From: a bacterium
GTDB taxonomy: Bacteria > UBA8248
Length of the DNA stretch: 64,000 nt
Reading direction: 5' to 3'
Assembly (NCBI GenBank): GCA_963692865.2
Contig: OY843592.1
Span: 2,464,001-2,528,000, forward strand
Shown here: piece after piece, positions 19,232 to 29,315 of the stretch
Position numbering within the stretch: the first letter of the stretch is position 1
Layout of the letters: every line of letters starts with the position of its first letter
Position numbers and translations under genes: made by a program
Notes under the pieces: model-generated
Seen by the model: only the letters and a program-made list of their open reading frames with translations
Database searches by the model: none
What the model was told of the DNA's origin: nothing

Positions 19232-20923
19232 TCAGAAAACCGGCGATTCCCGGTAGACGCCCCAGACCGACTTCAGCTTCTCGACGATATCTCCCATCGT
19301 GGCGCCCTCGCGCACGAGTTCGACCGTGACGGGCATGATGTTCCGCGTCTCGTCCTTCGCGACCGAGACGAGCTCCTCCAGGAGCATACCGACCCTGGCG
19401 TCGTCGCGTTCGGCGCGCACCCTCCTCGTCCGCGCGATCTGCCGTTCGGCGGTCGTGGAGTCATAGGGGTGGGTCTCGATCTCCTGGTTCTCGTCCTCCT
19501 CGACCAGGGTGTTGACCCCGATGACCGGTTTCTCGCCGGATTGCTTGCGCAGGGCGGTCTCATAGGCGAAGTCGGCGATCTGCTGCTGGAACCAGCCTTC
19601 CTCGATCAGTTTGATCGCGCCGCCGTTTTCATCCACGTAGTCGAGAATCTCGAAAATGCGCGTCTCGAACTCGTTGGTCAGGCTCTCGACGTAGTAGGAA
19701 CCGCCCACCGGATCGATGACGTTGGCGACGTTCGTTTCCTCCGAGATTATCTGTTGCGTGCGCAGGGATATCCGCATGGCGTCCTCGGTCGGAATCGCGA
19801 ACGCCTCGTCGTAGCCGTTCGTGTGCAGCGACTGGCAGCCGCCGAGGACCGCGGCGAGGGCCTGGAACGCGGTGCGCACGATGTTGATGCGGAATTGCGG
19901 CTTGGTCAGGGTCGCGGCCGCGGTCTGGCAATGGAAGCGAAGCCGCATCGATTCGGGGTTCTTCGCGCCGAAGCGCTCTTTCATGATCCTGGCGTAGCAG
20001 CGGCGCAGCGCCCGGAACTTGGCGACCTCCTCGAACAGGTCCGCCTGCGAGACGTAGAAGAAGGCGAGCCTCGGCGCGAACTCGTCGACGTCCATGCCGG
20101 TCTTGAGCACCTCCTCCACGTAGACGATCAGGTTGGCCATGGTGAAGGCGGCCTCCTGCAGGGGCGAGGCGCCGGCTTCGGAGATGTGATAGCCCGAGAT
20201 GTTGATCGGGTTGTAGCGCTTCATGTTGCGTCCGCAGAAGGATATGCAGTCGCGCACGATGCGGACCGAGGGCGCGATGGGATAAATGAACTCCTTCTGC
20301 GCCATGTACTCTTTCAGGATGTCCGCCTGGATGGTGCCCGGGAGCCTGTTGAGGTCCAGGCCGCGCATCTGCGCCAGCGCCACGTACATGGCGAGCAATA
20401 TCCACGCGCTGGGGTTGATGGTCATCGACACGGAGATGTTCTCCAGATCGATGCCGTCGTAGAGCGCCTCCATGTCGGCGAGCGTGTCCACGGCCACGCC
20501 TTCTCGGCCCACCTCGCCCTCGCTCATCGGGTGGTCGGAGTCGTAGCCCATGAGCGTGGGCATGTCGAAGTCGGTCGACAGTCCCGTCTGGCCCTGCGAG
20601 ATCAGGTATTTGAAGCGCTTGTTGGTGTCTTCGCCGGTGCCGAAACCGGCGATCTGGCGCATGGTCCACACCCGGCTGCGGTACATCGTCGGGTAGGGCC
20701 CGCGCGTAAAGGGGTAGCGCCCCGGCAGACCGATGTCCTCGATCGGCGTCTCCGCGATATCGGCGGCGGTATAGACGCGCTGCACCGGAAAATCGCCGGT
20801 GGTGAAGAATTGCTCCTTGCGCTCGGCCTGTTTGTTCAGGAAGGCGGCGACCTCGTTGCCCTCCCAGTCCTCGATCTCGCTCCGTAGTTTCTCAAGCGGA
20901 TTTTGAGTGAACGTCTCGTTCAT
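19232..20923 (-). CDS. hcmA: 2-hydroxyisobutyryl-CoA mutase large subunit (acyl-CoA mutase N-terminal domain)
   Basis: PFTRGPYPTMY, WTMRQIAGF (Ile at the specificity position), STDFDMPT and QSLHTNGYDEA motifs. No B12-binding domain. Confidence 0.88.
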   Translation of the reverse strand: MNETFTQNPLEKLRSEIEDWEGNEVAAFLNKQAERKEQFFTTGDFPVQRVYTAADIAETPIEDIGLPGRYPFTRGPYPTMYRSRVWTMRQIAGFGTGEDTNKRFKYLISQGQTGLSTDFDMPTLMGYDSDHPMSEGEVGREGVAVDTLADMEALYDGIDLENISVSMTINPSAWILLAMYVALAQMRGLDLNRLPGTIQADILKEYMAQKEFIYPIAPSVRIVRDCISFCGRNMKRYNPINISGYHISEAGASPLQEAAFTMANLIVYVEEVLKTGMDVDEFAPRLAFFYVSQADLFEEVAKFRALRRCYARIMKERFGAKNPESMRLRFHCQTAAATLTKPQFRINIVRTAFQALAAVLGGCQSLHTNGYDEAFAIPTEDAMRISLRTQQIISEETNVANVIDPVGGSYYVESLTNEFETRIFEILDYVDENGGAIKLIEEGWFQQQIADFAYETALRKQSGEKPVIGVNTLVEEDENQEIETHPYDSTTAERQIARTRRVRAERDDARVGMLLEELVSVAKDETRNIMPVTVELVREGATMGDIVEKLKSVWGVYRESPVF

Positions 20924-21896
20924 GGTCTCCCTCTCCTTCGAGCGTCGTCGAGAGCAATTCCTCCGCCAGCGTATAGGGGTCGCTCTCCCGGCGCAAAAGC
21001 TGTTCGGCGAGTTTCGCGCTCGCCGCCGCCGTAGCGGCGTGAAATCGATCATACAACAGGTTTTCGGCGGTCTTGCGCAGCCGGAATTCGGCGATGCTTT
21101 TGCGACGCGCCCGGCCCGCATCGGAATCGGAGGTCAGGCCGCGATGCCGGGCAATCGCCCCCAGCAGTTCGTCGAGCCCTTCGCCGGAAAAAGCGCTGGC
21201 GCCTATTACGGGGGCGACCCAGCCGGATGGTTCCTGCCCGCCCGCTCCGAGCGTCAGCATCTGCTTCAAGTCGGTCAGCGTCCGGTTGGCGTCGCTCCGG
21301 TCGCATTTCGACACCACGTGGATGTCGGCTATCTCCAGAAGGCCCGCCTTGATCGCCTGTACCTCGTCCCCGAGGCCGGGCGCGGAAACCACCACCGTGG
21401 TGTGGGAGGCTTGTACGATCTCGACCTCGTCCTGGCCCACGCCGACGGTTTCCAGAACGATGACCCCGAAACCGGCGGCGTCGAGGATATCGACCGCCTC
21501 GAGGGCCGCGCGCGCCATGCCGCCGGTCGCCCCGCGCGTCGCCATGCTGCGGATATAAACGCCGGGGTCGGCGCTCAAGCCGCTCATGCGGATGCGGTCT
21601 CCCAGGATAGAGCCGCCGGAATACGGAGAGGACGGATCAACCGCGATGACGCCGACCTTCTCGCCGCCGGCGCGCAGCCTTTGCGCCAACTCACTGACGA
21701 GCGTGGATTTTCCGCTGCCGGGCGCCCCGGTGATGCCGACGACGTGCGCTCCTCCGGCGAGTTTGTGTATCCGGGCGAGCGCGCCGCGCGCTTCCGCCAG
21801 GCCCGACTCCGCGCGCGATATGAGGCGGCCTATCGCGGCCGGCTCGCCCCTTTGAACGCGGGCGATGAGTTCCACGGAGGGGAGGTAGACGCCCAT
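20892..21896 (-). CDS. meaH: MeaB-like G-protein chaperone
   Basis: GITGAPGSGKST, AVDPSSPYSGGSILGDRIRM, ETVGVGQDE and KAGLLEIAD motifs. Confidence 0.9.
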   Translation of the reverse strand: MGVYLPSVELIARVQRGEPAAIGRLISRAESGLAEARGALARIHKLAGGAHVVGITGAPGSGKSTLVSELAQRLRAGGEKVGVIAVDPSSPYSGGSILGDRIRMSGLSADPGVYIRSMATRGATGGMARAALEAVDILDAAGFGVIVLETVGVGQDEVEIVQASHTTVVVSAPGLGDEVQAIKAGLLEIADIHVVSKCDRSDANRTLTDLKQMLTLGAGGQEPSGWVAPVIGASAFSGEGLDELLGAIARHRGLTSDSDAGRARRKSIAEFRLRKTAENLLYDRFHAATAAASAKLAEQLLRRESDPYTLAEELLSTTLEGEGDHERDVHSKSA

Positions 21897-23326
21897 CAGC
21901 GGTTTTCTTCATCCAGTTGGGTTTGCATCTGCTGGAAGACGGCGCGATCGTCGATCACGCGGCGCGCCTTGAAATCCGTTCGGGGGATCGAACCCGGCTC
22001 GGCGACTTCCACGGCCGTCCGCAGCCCGAGCACCATCTGCAACTTGTGCGCCACCTCCGCGCGGAACCGGGCGGCGGCCTCGGGCTCCGCGAAGGTCCCG
22101 GCGTCGGCCTCGACGCGCAGCAGCAACTCGTCCATCGCCGCCTCGCGGCTGATCACGATCCGGTGCTCCCCGCCGTAGTGCGCCAGTTCGTTGAGCGCGG
22201 CGTCTATCTCGCTCGGATACACGTTCTCGCCGCGGATCGTGAACATATCGTCGATGCGCCCGAAAATACCGTGCGGCAGGCGCGGATAGGTGCGTCCGCA
22301 CGGGTTCGGTTCGTCCACCCACCGGGCCAGGTCCCCCGACACCAGGCGGATCATCGGCTGGGACGCGCGTTCGAGATGGGTGTACACGGGCGTTCCCCGC
22401 TCCCCGTAGGGTACGCGGCGCATGGTTTCGGGATCGCATACTTCCGTGTAGACGACGTCCTGCCAGCAGAGCATTCCGTCCGTCTGGGCCGAACCCGCCA
22501 CGTTCATCCACGGACTCATCTCGGCCATGGAGCCGCTGTCGTAGACCCTGGCCCCGTAGATTCCCTCGATGCGCTCGCGGATGGCCGGTATCGAGGCGCC
22601 GGGCTCGCCGGAGAAGAACATGACCTTGAGCTGCATGTCGCGAGGGTCGATGCCCTCGTCTTCCGCGACCTGGGCGAGATGCAGGGCGTAGGTCGGCGTA
22701 CCGTAGAAGGCGGTGGGCTTGAGCATGTGGAGCCATTGCACGCAGCGCGCGGACATGCCGGACGCGCCTGCGCCGAACGGGAAAGCCTTTGCGCCGAGGC
22801 GCTCCGCGCCGGCGAGCGCCCCCCAGCTCCCCATATAGAGGGAGAATACGGCGGCGACGCAAACCGTGTCGCCTGGGCGCAGGCCCATGCCCCACATGAC
22901 GCGCGCATGCGCGTTGGCGATGGCGCGCCAGTCGTTCCGCGAGATGGCGAAGGCGGTGGGCCGCCCGGTCGTGCCGCTGGTGCCGTGGATGTGAAAAACG
23001 TCCGTTTCGTCCACGCAGAGGTAATCACCGAAAGGCGGCCGGCGCTCCTGCGCCTCGCGCAGGTCCTTCTTGGTGAGTACCGGCACCTTCTCCTCGAAGT
23101 CCTCAAGCGACTTGAGCAGGCTCGGGTGAAACCCGGCCTCGTCCCATTTGCGGCGGTAGAGGGGCGCATTCTCGTAGGCGTAGGCGCACACTTGTCCGAG
23201 GCGCTCCAGGACGGCCTTCTCCCGCTCTCCCGCCGGCATCGTCTCCCGCCGGGGGAACCAGTAGCGGCTCTCCGTAGCGGGCAGAAAGTTCTCGTCGTAA
23301 TCGGGCGGGAATGACCAGGATTCCAT
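21896..23326 (-). CDS. hcl: Phenylacetate-CoA-ligase-family enzyme, probable 2-hydroxyisobutyrate-CoA ligase
   Basis: HGTSGTTGRP, SGEP and GRIDDMFTIRGENVYPSEI motifs. Located inside the hcm operon. Confidence 0.82.
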   Translation of the reverse strand: MESWSFPPDYDENFLPATESRYWFPRRETMPAGEREKAVLERLGQVCAYAYENAPLYRRKWDEAGFHPSLLKSLEDFEEKVPVLTKKDLREAQERRPPFGDYLCVDETDVFHIHGTSGTTGRPTAFAISRNDWRAIANAHARVMWGMGLRPGDTVCVAAVFSLYMGSWGALAGAERLGAKAFPFGAGASGMSARCVQWLHMLKPTAFYGTPTYALHLAQVAEDEGIDPRDMQLKVMFFSGEPGASIPAIRERIEGIYGARVYDSGSMAEMSPWMNVAGSAQTDGMLCWQDVVYTEVCDPETMRRVPYGERGTPVYTHLERASQPMIRLVSGDLARWVDEPNPCGRTYPRLPHGIFGRIDDMFTIRGENVYPSEIDAALNELAHYGGEHRIVISREAAMDELLLRVEADAGTFAEPEAAARFRAEVAHKLQMVLGLRTAVEVAEPGSIPRTDFKARRVIDDRAVFQQMQTQLDEENR

Positions 23327-23336
23327 GGGTAGCGGT

Positions 23337-23744
23337 TCAGCGCGCGCCGCGCTCCTCCACGAGGCGGGTCAGCGTGTCGATAATCGTCTGCGGCGGCGTA
23401 TCCTGCAGCAACACCTTGCTTACCCCCATTTTCTTGAGCTGGACCACGTCTTCGTCCGGCATGACGCCGCCGGCCACGACGATCATGTCGTCGGCGCCGC
23501 CGGCCCTGAGCAGGTCGAATATCCTGGGGAACACGGTCATCTGCACGCCGGAGAGGAGGCTTACGCCCAGCACGTCGACGTCTTCCTGCACGGCGGCGGT
23601 CACCACCTCTTCGGGCGTGCGGTGAAGGCCGGTGTAGATCACGTCCATGCCGGCGTCGCGCAGGGCGCGGGCGACGATCTTGACGCCCCGGTCGTGACCG
23701 TCGAGACCCACCTTCGCCAGCAGGACGCGAATTGGCTGACTCAT
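23337..23744 (-). CDS. hcmB: Cobalamin-binding small subunit of the acyl-CoA mutase
   Basis: AKVGLDGHDRG (DxHxxG), SLLSG and GG motifs. Confidence 0.9.
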   Translation of the reverse strand: MSQPIRVLLAKVGLDGHDRGVKIVARALRDAGMDVIYTGLHRTPEEVVTAAVQEDVDVLGVSLLSGVQMTVFPRIFDLLRAGGADDMIVVAGGVMPDEDVVQLKKMGVSKVLLQDTPPQTIIDTLTRLVEERGAR

Positions 23745-24250
23745 GAGGCGTTCCTCATCAGGCTCTGATTTGTATGCGAAAAACAGCATAAAACCTGCAC
23801 AAAAAGCGCCATGGTGTCAAGGTGAAACGGAATCGGCCCGGGGGAGGGAACGATCAACCGGACGCTCCTGCGCACCCGAAGACACTCGTGGTGAAGCGGC
23901 AGGGATAATGGCGAACGGCCTGGAAAAACCGCCGGTTTTCGGGGGAACAACGTATTTCCTGCCCGTCCTGCCCGGCCCGCCCGCCGCTTGACGCCGCCGG
24001 CGCCCGTCGCATAGGATTCGCCTCGCCCCATCATTTATGGATATGGAGCGGCCCGCCGGACGGCGGCCCGGAAGGCTCCGGGTCCGTGCGGCGGGATACG
24101 ACGACGGAGAGAACTCGAACCCACGAAGAAGCGCGCCGCAAAACCCATTCCGGTTTCGTGATCCGACCGTCGATGCGAACAGACGCGCCCGCCTGAAACG
24201 GCGAAATTGCGCCCGTTTCCATGGACGGGCGCCGAAAGGGAGGAATCCGC

Positions 24251-26034
24251 GTGAAGACCTGGAATCGCACCATGCCCGCCCTCGCGCTGGCGGCGATGAT
24301 GAGACCCTGGCGGGTTGTGGTGGTGGCGGGAGCGCAGGGGGGCCGACACCCACACCAACACCGACACCCACACCCACACCGACACCAACGCCGACGCCGA
24401 CACCCACACCTCCGCCGAATGAACCACGCGGAGAATTGACGCTTCCTGGGCTTGAACTTATCCCGCTGGATAAGATTAAGCTCACGAACAGGGAAATGCA
24501 GAAACGGTTTGTGGTGCTGGATGGCGGGGGGAGTGATACACACGGAGATGGAGTTCGAAAAACCGCATGCAAAGCGTATGTTACCGGGTGTGTGGATCCG
24601 ACCGATTTTTCCGGCAAACTCATAGGGAGAGACGGCACTATTTTAGTTGACCGTACGGACGGGTCAACACCGTTTACATCCTTTGAGGCGCGAAATATCG
24701 CCGGTCTTTCTGGACTTGAATGGCACTTGCAGGAGATTCAAAAGATTGGTACAGTGAAAATTGTTACTGAATCAGTCTTGCCGGCGCACGGAGGTAGTAT
24801 GATTGATCATTATGGCGCTACATTACCGTTTTTGTCAGTAATTAGTGCCGGTAATGAATCAAGCGATTCTTTTATTGGTGCTGTTGACATTCAAGGCGCA
24901 GATCCGGCATGGAGGCGTAACATCCAAAATGCCATAGTCGCAAACAAGGCGATCTATGTCGCCGGGCATACCCGCGATGCGAACGGAAACTATGTTCGAA
25001 GTCCTTTGTCAAGCGGCTGTAAAGGTGGTGACAGCGGGTGTATTTGGGCTCCGTTTTTCGCAACCGGTATCGGAATAGGCACCAGTTTTTCCTCTCCGAT
25101 GTTCGGTGCGGCGCTTGCCTCTGTGTTGAGTGTCTTTCCTGACACCAGGGATACGGAACTCGCGCGTTTCGGTAAAGCGTGTGCCCTCAAATCAGGAAAC
25201 GGCATTGAGGCGCTGCTTGCGAAATCGGGCGGTGTCGGCGTTGCCGATTTCTCCTGCATGGGCAGTGTGATCGGCTCGCTCGCCAACTTGCCGACAGGCG
25301 CAACGACGACAGTTACCGTGAACGGGCAAGCTGTTACCGTCGGCGGGAGGAGTGTGTCGCTTCCCGCTCAGGGGAGTGTCGCTTCGTATATCACCAGAGA
25401 GGTGAGCAGCGGAGCGGTCGGTCAGGCAATTCCGGCGGGCGTTGAGTACGCGCGGTTTGAGAAAGATGATGAAAGCGCGCCTGCCCGCATCAAGTTGACC
25501 AGCTTTGGCAGCGACAACAACAGCTTTTCTTTCGGTGCCGTACCGAACAGCGCGGGATCAGTATCCCTCGTCGGTATGCAGAAAGCGGGAGATTTCTTCG
25601 CGCTCGCGGCGGTGGGGGAGCGGAATGACTTTTTCGGCTTCAGCAAAGGACACGGAGAAGTCCTCAATGCGGAGATCTCCGCCGGACACAAAAATGCCTT
25701 CCTCCGCTTTGAAAAGCAGATCTCAAACGGAGGAATGGGTGTCCGGGATGCGGAAGGCGAATCGTTCGGGTTCACAGTCCGCAAAGGATTTGATCTGACC
25801 GAAAGAGTATTTCTGTCCGCCGCCGTCCGCGGCGACAGGTTTCTCGGCGGGGAGGCAAGTATCCCCTTCGGTAGGGTTAATCTTTCAAAAGGAGGATGGG
25901 ATCATCGCGTGTCCCTGTCCTCTGATATAGTGGTTGACAAAAACGCAACTTTGAGTATCTCGGCAGGAACTCGTTTCCCCGCAGCAGGGGACAGCGAGTC
26001 AAACATCTTCGCCAAGTACTCCCTGCGTTTCTAA
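24251..26034 (+). CDS. S8 (subtilase-like) serine peptidase lipoprotein with Pro-Thr linker; signal peptide frameshifted at about 24302
   Basis: VLDGG, THGDGV, SAGN and GTSFSSP catalytic motifs; LAGC lipobox; C-terminal beta-rich region ending YSLRF. The RBS and GTG at 24251 are one base out of frame with the lipobox. Confidence 0.7.
24343..24411 (+). repeat. Coding (Pro-Thr)n tandem repeat
   Basis: About 11 CCN-ACN hexamer units. Confidence 0.9.
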
Positions 26035-26113
26035 ACGCGATAGAACTTTCACGGCCCGGCAGGGACGACCCCGCCGGGCCGTTCTGTGCGTCATGGACAC
26101 CTGGAGGTGAAGC

Positions 26114-28039
26114 ATGAAGATGCGGAAAGGTTCGTTGTTTTCGTTTTTGGCGGTCGTGGCTTTGCTGTTTCTTGCAGGTTGTGGCAGCAACTCGACGACT
26201 TCTACGCTTGGCAATAATAAACTTGGCAATCTGCATATGGGGGCAGGGGAGAGATATTGGTTTGGCAAAATGGCTCTTGACGGCTATCAGCATTCCGGCG
26301 ACTGGAAGGAGATCGAAAAGGCCAGGACACACTTCGAGAAAGCCGCCGAGTTGGGCGACATCCTAGCGAAGATAGAACTGAAGCGACTACCCGCCAAGGA
26401 GGGCGTTGCTCGCGTGGATCGACTTACGCCGGACGCGACATACTGCGAGTTGATCAGGGAGCGTGCTCAAGGTGATAAAAGCGCCGCGCACTGGCCGCTG
26501 GTCGCCGAAGAGTACGGCAGAATTCTTTTGGCCTCCGTTTGCGGGAGTGCCGGTCTCGATTCCAAAGACGGGAGGGACCGTATCCGCGAAGGCATAGGAT
26601 ACTTGCGAGAAGCCGCAAAGAATGACCGTACCTTCGCTCGATATCTGCTGTTTCGGGCGATGGATGAAAAGCTGGCCCAACGATTAATTTTGGCGAATAT
26701 GGCTCAAGGGAACCCGATAACGGACTGGGAGAAGGAAATTTTAAATAAGCAGATCCAAAAGATGATTTTGAAGAAGAAGTTGCCGGACTATTTTCAGGCA
26801 TGCAAATCACCTCTGCCAACAGACCCCTTTCTCGTTCGACCCGGCGGTCCCGACAACACGAAATATGGACTTATGCAATCGGCGCTGAGTTGGCGGGATG
26901 GAGATCCGTACGCCGCTTACGGCCTTTACGAGTTGGGCAAAGCATATTACGAACTTTCGCGAACTTGCCGCGAGCGGGCGGAGAAAGTAAATCGGCACAA
27001 CCAAGTCGCGACGCTTCAGCTCCGCTGGGATGCAGAAATTTATGAACGCAAATCCGTCATGACGCTGCTTATCGCCGGACATCGAGGGACATACCGGTTC
27101 GTTCCTTTCTGCCTGCCCGGCAAGGAGACCCCTTCGTGCGTGACGGCCCTCGACCACCATAACCCGATCGCGGAGTCTGCGCGAATTTTAGAGAAGCTCT
27201 TTTCGGACGGCAACAACGACGCTGTCCCCGATGATCCACAAGAGGCTCTTTTCTGGAAGGGCAGGGCCGAGGGGGGCCGTTCGAATCGAGCGAATGCTCC
27301 ACTCAGGCTTGTTGATGCCGGGACGGGGTTCTATGTCGCGCCGGGATATGTCCTGACCAATAGACACGTCGTGGAGGGTTGTAAGGTAATTCGGACGTGG
27401 GCGTCGCCCGTGCCCGATCCGAGGAGCAACGTAAGAGAAGGAGAAAAGGGGACGGACCTGGCGCTGATCCGCGTACGGGAGAAAAAGGTCAGGGCGGCCC
27501 GTGATTTCGAGTTCCCCTTGGTCGGAGACCGCGTTTACGTTTTCGGTTATGATAGGCCTTCTTTATTCCCTATCATGCAGCCGCGAATGTCGGACGGAAT
27601 CGTCGGTGGGTGGTCGTATCAGAACTCCAAAGACAAGAGAGCGATGGATCATGGAAATTACCTCCTGTACACCGCGAGCACCTACCCCGGAAACAGCGGG
27701 GGGCCGCTCATCAACGAAGCAGGACGCGTCGTCGGCGTGGTGACGGGAGTAGGTAAGACGCCGGTGACGGGACTACCGGTGACGGGACTAAGTACGATAC
27801 TGGAGACCACCGGGTTCGCCATTCCGATGCATGAGGTGGTGGTTTTCCTGTTGAGAGCGGCGATAGACTGGAAGATCGAAGAGTTGGAGAAGTTGTTCCG
27901 AGAGAAAATTGTTGGCGCCGTGAAGTTGAGGATAGCGAGGCTGGAATCTGACTACAAGCTCAAGGGCGAAGCGTTGATCGCGCAGGCCATTAGCGATCTG
28001 GCGCACGAATTCGTGGTGCCGATCACCTGCTGGCGATAG
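26114..28039 (+). CDS. Lipoprotein with Sel1-like helical region and C-terminal trypsin-like (S1) protease
   Basis: LAGC lipobox; ARTHFEKAAELGD and EALFWKGRA Sel1-like helices; GTGFYV..LTNRHVV, DLALI and PGNSGGPL triad motifs. Confidence 0.82.
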   Translation: MKMRKGSLFSFLAVVALLFLAGCGSNSTTSTLGNNKLGNLHMGAGERYWFGKMALDGYQHSGDWKEIEKARTHFEKAAELGDILAKIELKRLPAKEGVARVDRLTPDATYCELIRERAQGDKSAAHWPLVAEEYGRILLASVCGSAGLDSKDGRDRIREGIGYLREAAKNDRTFARYLLFRAMDEKLAQRLILANMAQGNPITDWEKEILNKQIQKMILKKKLPDYFQACKSPLPTDPFLVRPGGPDNTKYGLMQSALSWRDGDPYAAYGLYELGKAYYELSRTCRERAEKVNRHNQVATLQLRWDAEIYERKSVMTLLIAGHRGTYRFVPFCLPGKETPSCVTALDHHNPIAESARILEKLFSDGNNDAVPDDPQEALFWKGRAEGGRSNRANAPLRLVDAGTGFYVAPGYVLTNRHVVEGCKVIRTWASPVPDPRSNVREGEKGTDLALIRVREKKVRAARDFEFPLVGDRVYVFGYDRPSLFPIMQPRMSDGIVGGWSYQNSKDKRAMDHGNYLLYTASTYPGNSGGPLINEAGRVVGVVTGVGKTPVTGLPVTGLSTILETTGFAIPMHEVVVFLLRAAIDWKIEELEKLFREKIVGAVKLRIARLESDYKLKGEALIAQAISDLAHEFVVPITCWR

Positions 28040-28089
28040 GGGCTCGGCCGGCATCGGAATTGCTGTCCGCGGTCCTTCGCCGCTAATCG

Positions 28090-28320
28090 GAGTGAAAGGC
28101 TTTTTCAACAGCCTCTTGAAGGTCGGGCATCTCCTCACACGGGCGACGTTGTATGTCAGACATATATGTCTGACATACAACATCCCCTTGAATGACGCTC
28201 GTAGGAGCGCTTCGCGAAGCACCCGTTTTCTCCACGGGAGAGGGCCGTTCGCGAATGGCGGGGCAGTCCCGAGGGGGGATTCCCCCTACGGGTTCATTGC
28301 GATTTGCGGGGTTTTGTAGA
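28090..28320. repeat. Repeat cluster with a 34-bp perfect palindrome and GTAG-type REP pair
   Basis: TTTTTCAACAGCC end; GTTGTATGTCAGACATATATGTCTGACATACAAC (28148-28181); GTAGGAGCG...CCCCTAC. Confidence 0.75.
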
Positions 28321-28499
28321 GACAGGCGCTCCTGCGCCTGTCCGAGGCCTCCGCGCCCGTCCGGCTGCGAAATCCGGCAATCCCTCCAGTCATTACATAA
28401 AATTCCGCCCGACGCCGGGAGATTTATCGAACGCTCTCGGGTAGAATCGCCCCATTATTTTTCAGTCAACCACCCGACTCGCAAACGGAGAGCAATGAC

Positions 28500-29216
28500 A
28501 TGGCAATTCGCATCGTGGATTTATCGCAGGAGATTTTCGACGGGATGCCCGTTTATCCCGGCCACCAGCGGACGGGCGTCTTCCCGAACAAGACGCACGC
28601 CGAGACGGCGAAGGCCTATGCGAATTCGCCCTCGGGCCATACCTCGACCTCGAACTGCCTCGTGATGAGCGACCACGGCCCCACCCACGTGGACGCCTTC
28701 TACCACATCGACAAGGACGGGGAGACGATAGACGAACTGGGCCTCGAATGGTTCTACAACGAGGCGATTTGCCTCGATATGTCGAAGTTCTGCAATACCG
28801 AGGACTGGATGGCGCCCGCGGACCTGGAAGAGGCGTGCGCCAAGGCAAACCTCGAAGTGCCGGAGAAGGGCAGCGTGCTCATCTGGACGGGCCATTACGA
28901 GGCGAACTACGGGGGCGATTTTCATAACTGGCTGCACGTCTATCCCGGCCTCTCTGAAGATGCGATGACGTGGCTGGCGGACAGGGGCTGCATCAACGTC
29001 GGCATCGATTCGCCGAGCGTGGATTCCTCGCAGGCCTTCCGCGACAAGGGCTACTGGGCGCACAAGGTTTGCCGGGAGCGCAAGGTGCTGAACGTGGAGA
29101 ATCTCAGCAACCTGAAAGAGGTGGTGAACACCAGCTTCATCTTCTCGTGCCTGCCGCTCAAGATACGGGGCGGAACGGGCTCGCCCGTGCGCGCCGCGGC
29201 GATTTATCACGAGTAG
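28500..29216 (+). CDS. Cyclase family metal-dependent hydrolase (kynurenine formamidase-like)
   Basis: IVDLSQ, HGPTHVDA, GIDSPSVD, VENL and PLKIRGGTGSPVRA motifs. Confidence 0.9.
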   Translation: MAIRIVDLSQEIFDGMPVYPGHQRTGVFPNKTHAETAKAYANSPSGHTSTSNCLVMSDHGPTHVDAFYHIDKDGETIDELGLEWFYNEAICLDMSKFCNTEDWMAPADLEEACAKANLEVPEKGSVLIWTGHYEANYGGDFHNWLHVYPGLSEDAMTWLADRGCINVGIDSPSVDSSQAFRDKGYWAHKVCRERKVLNVENLSNLKEVVNTSFIFSCLPLKIRGGTGSPVRAAAIYHE

Positions 29217-29315
29217 GGGATTACGTCCGACAGGAGGGGGCCGTTGAACCACCCCGGTGTGGGAGGGTTCGCCGGGGCGCATCGGGAACGATTGCGGGTG
29301 AGGGAAAAGGGAACA

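Noticed and set aside
23750-24030. Cobalamin riboswitch upstream of the B12-dependent mutase operon
   Set aside because: Could not find the conserved B12-box/GGGAA core by eye. An Rfam scan would be needed.
24037-24250. N-terminal 70-90 aa of the predicted 665-aa ORF
   Set aside because: Low-complexity Arg/Pro-rich sequence. A better RBS, start and signal peptide exist at 24251 in another frame.
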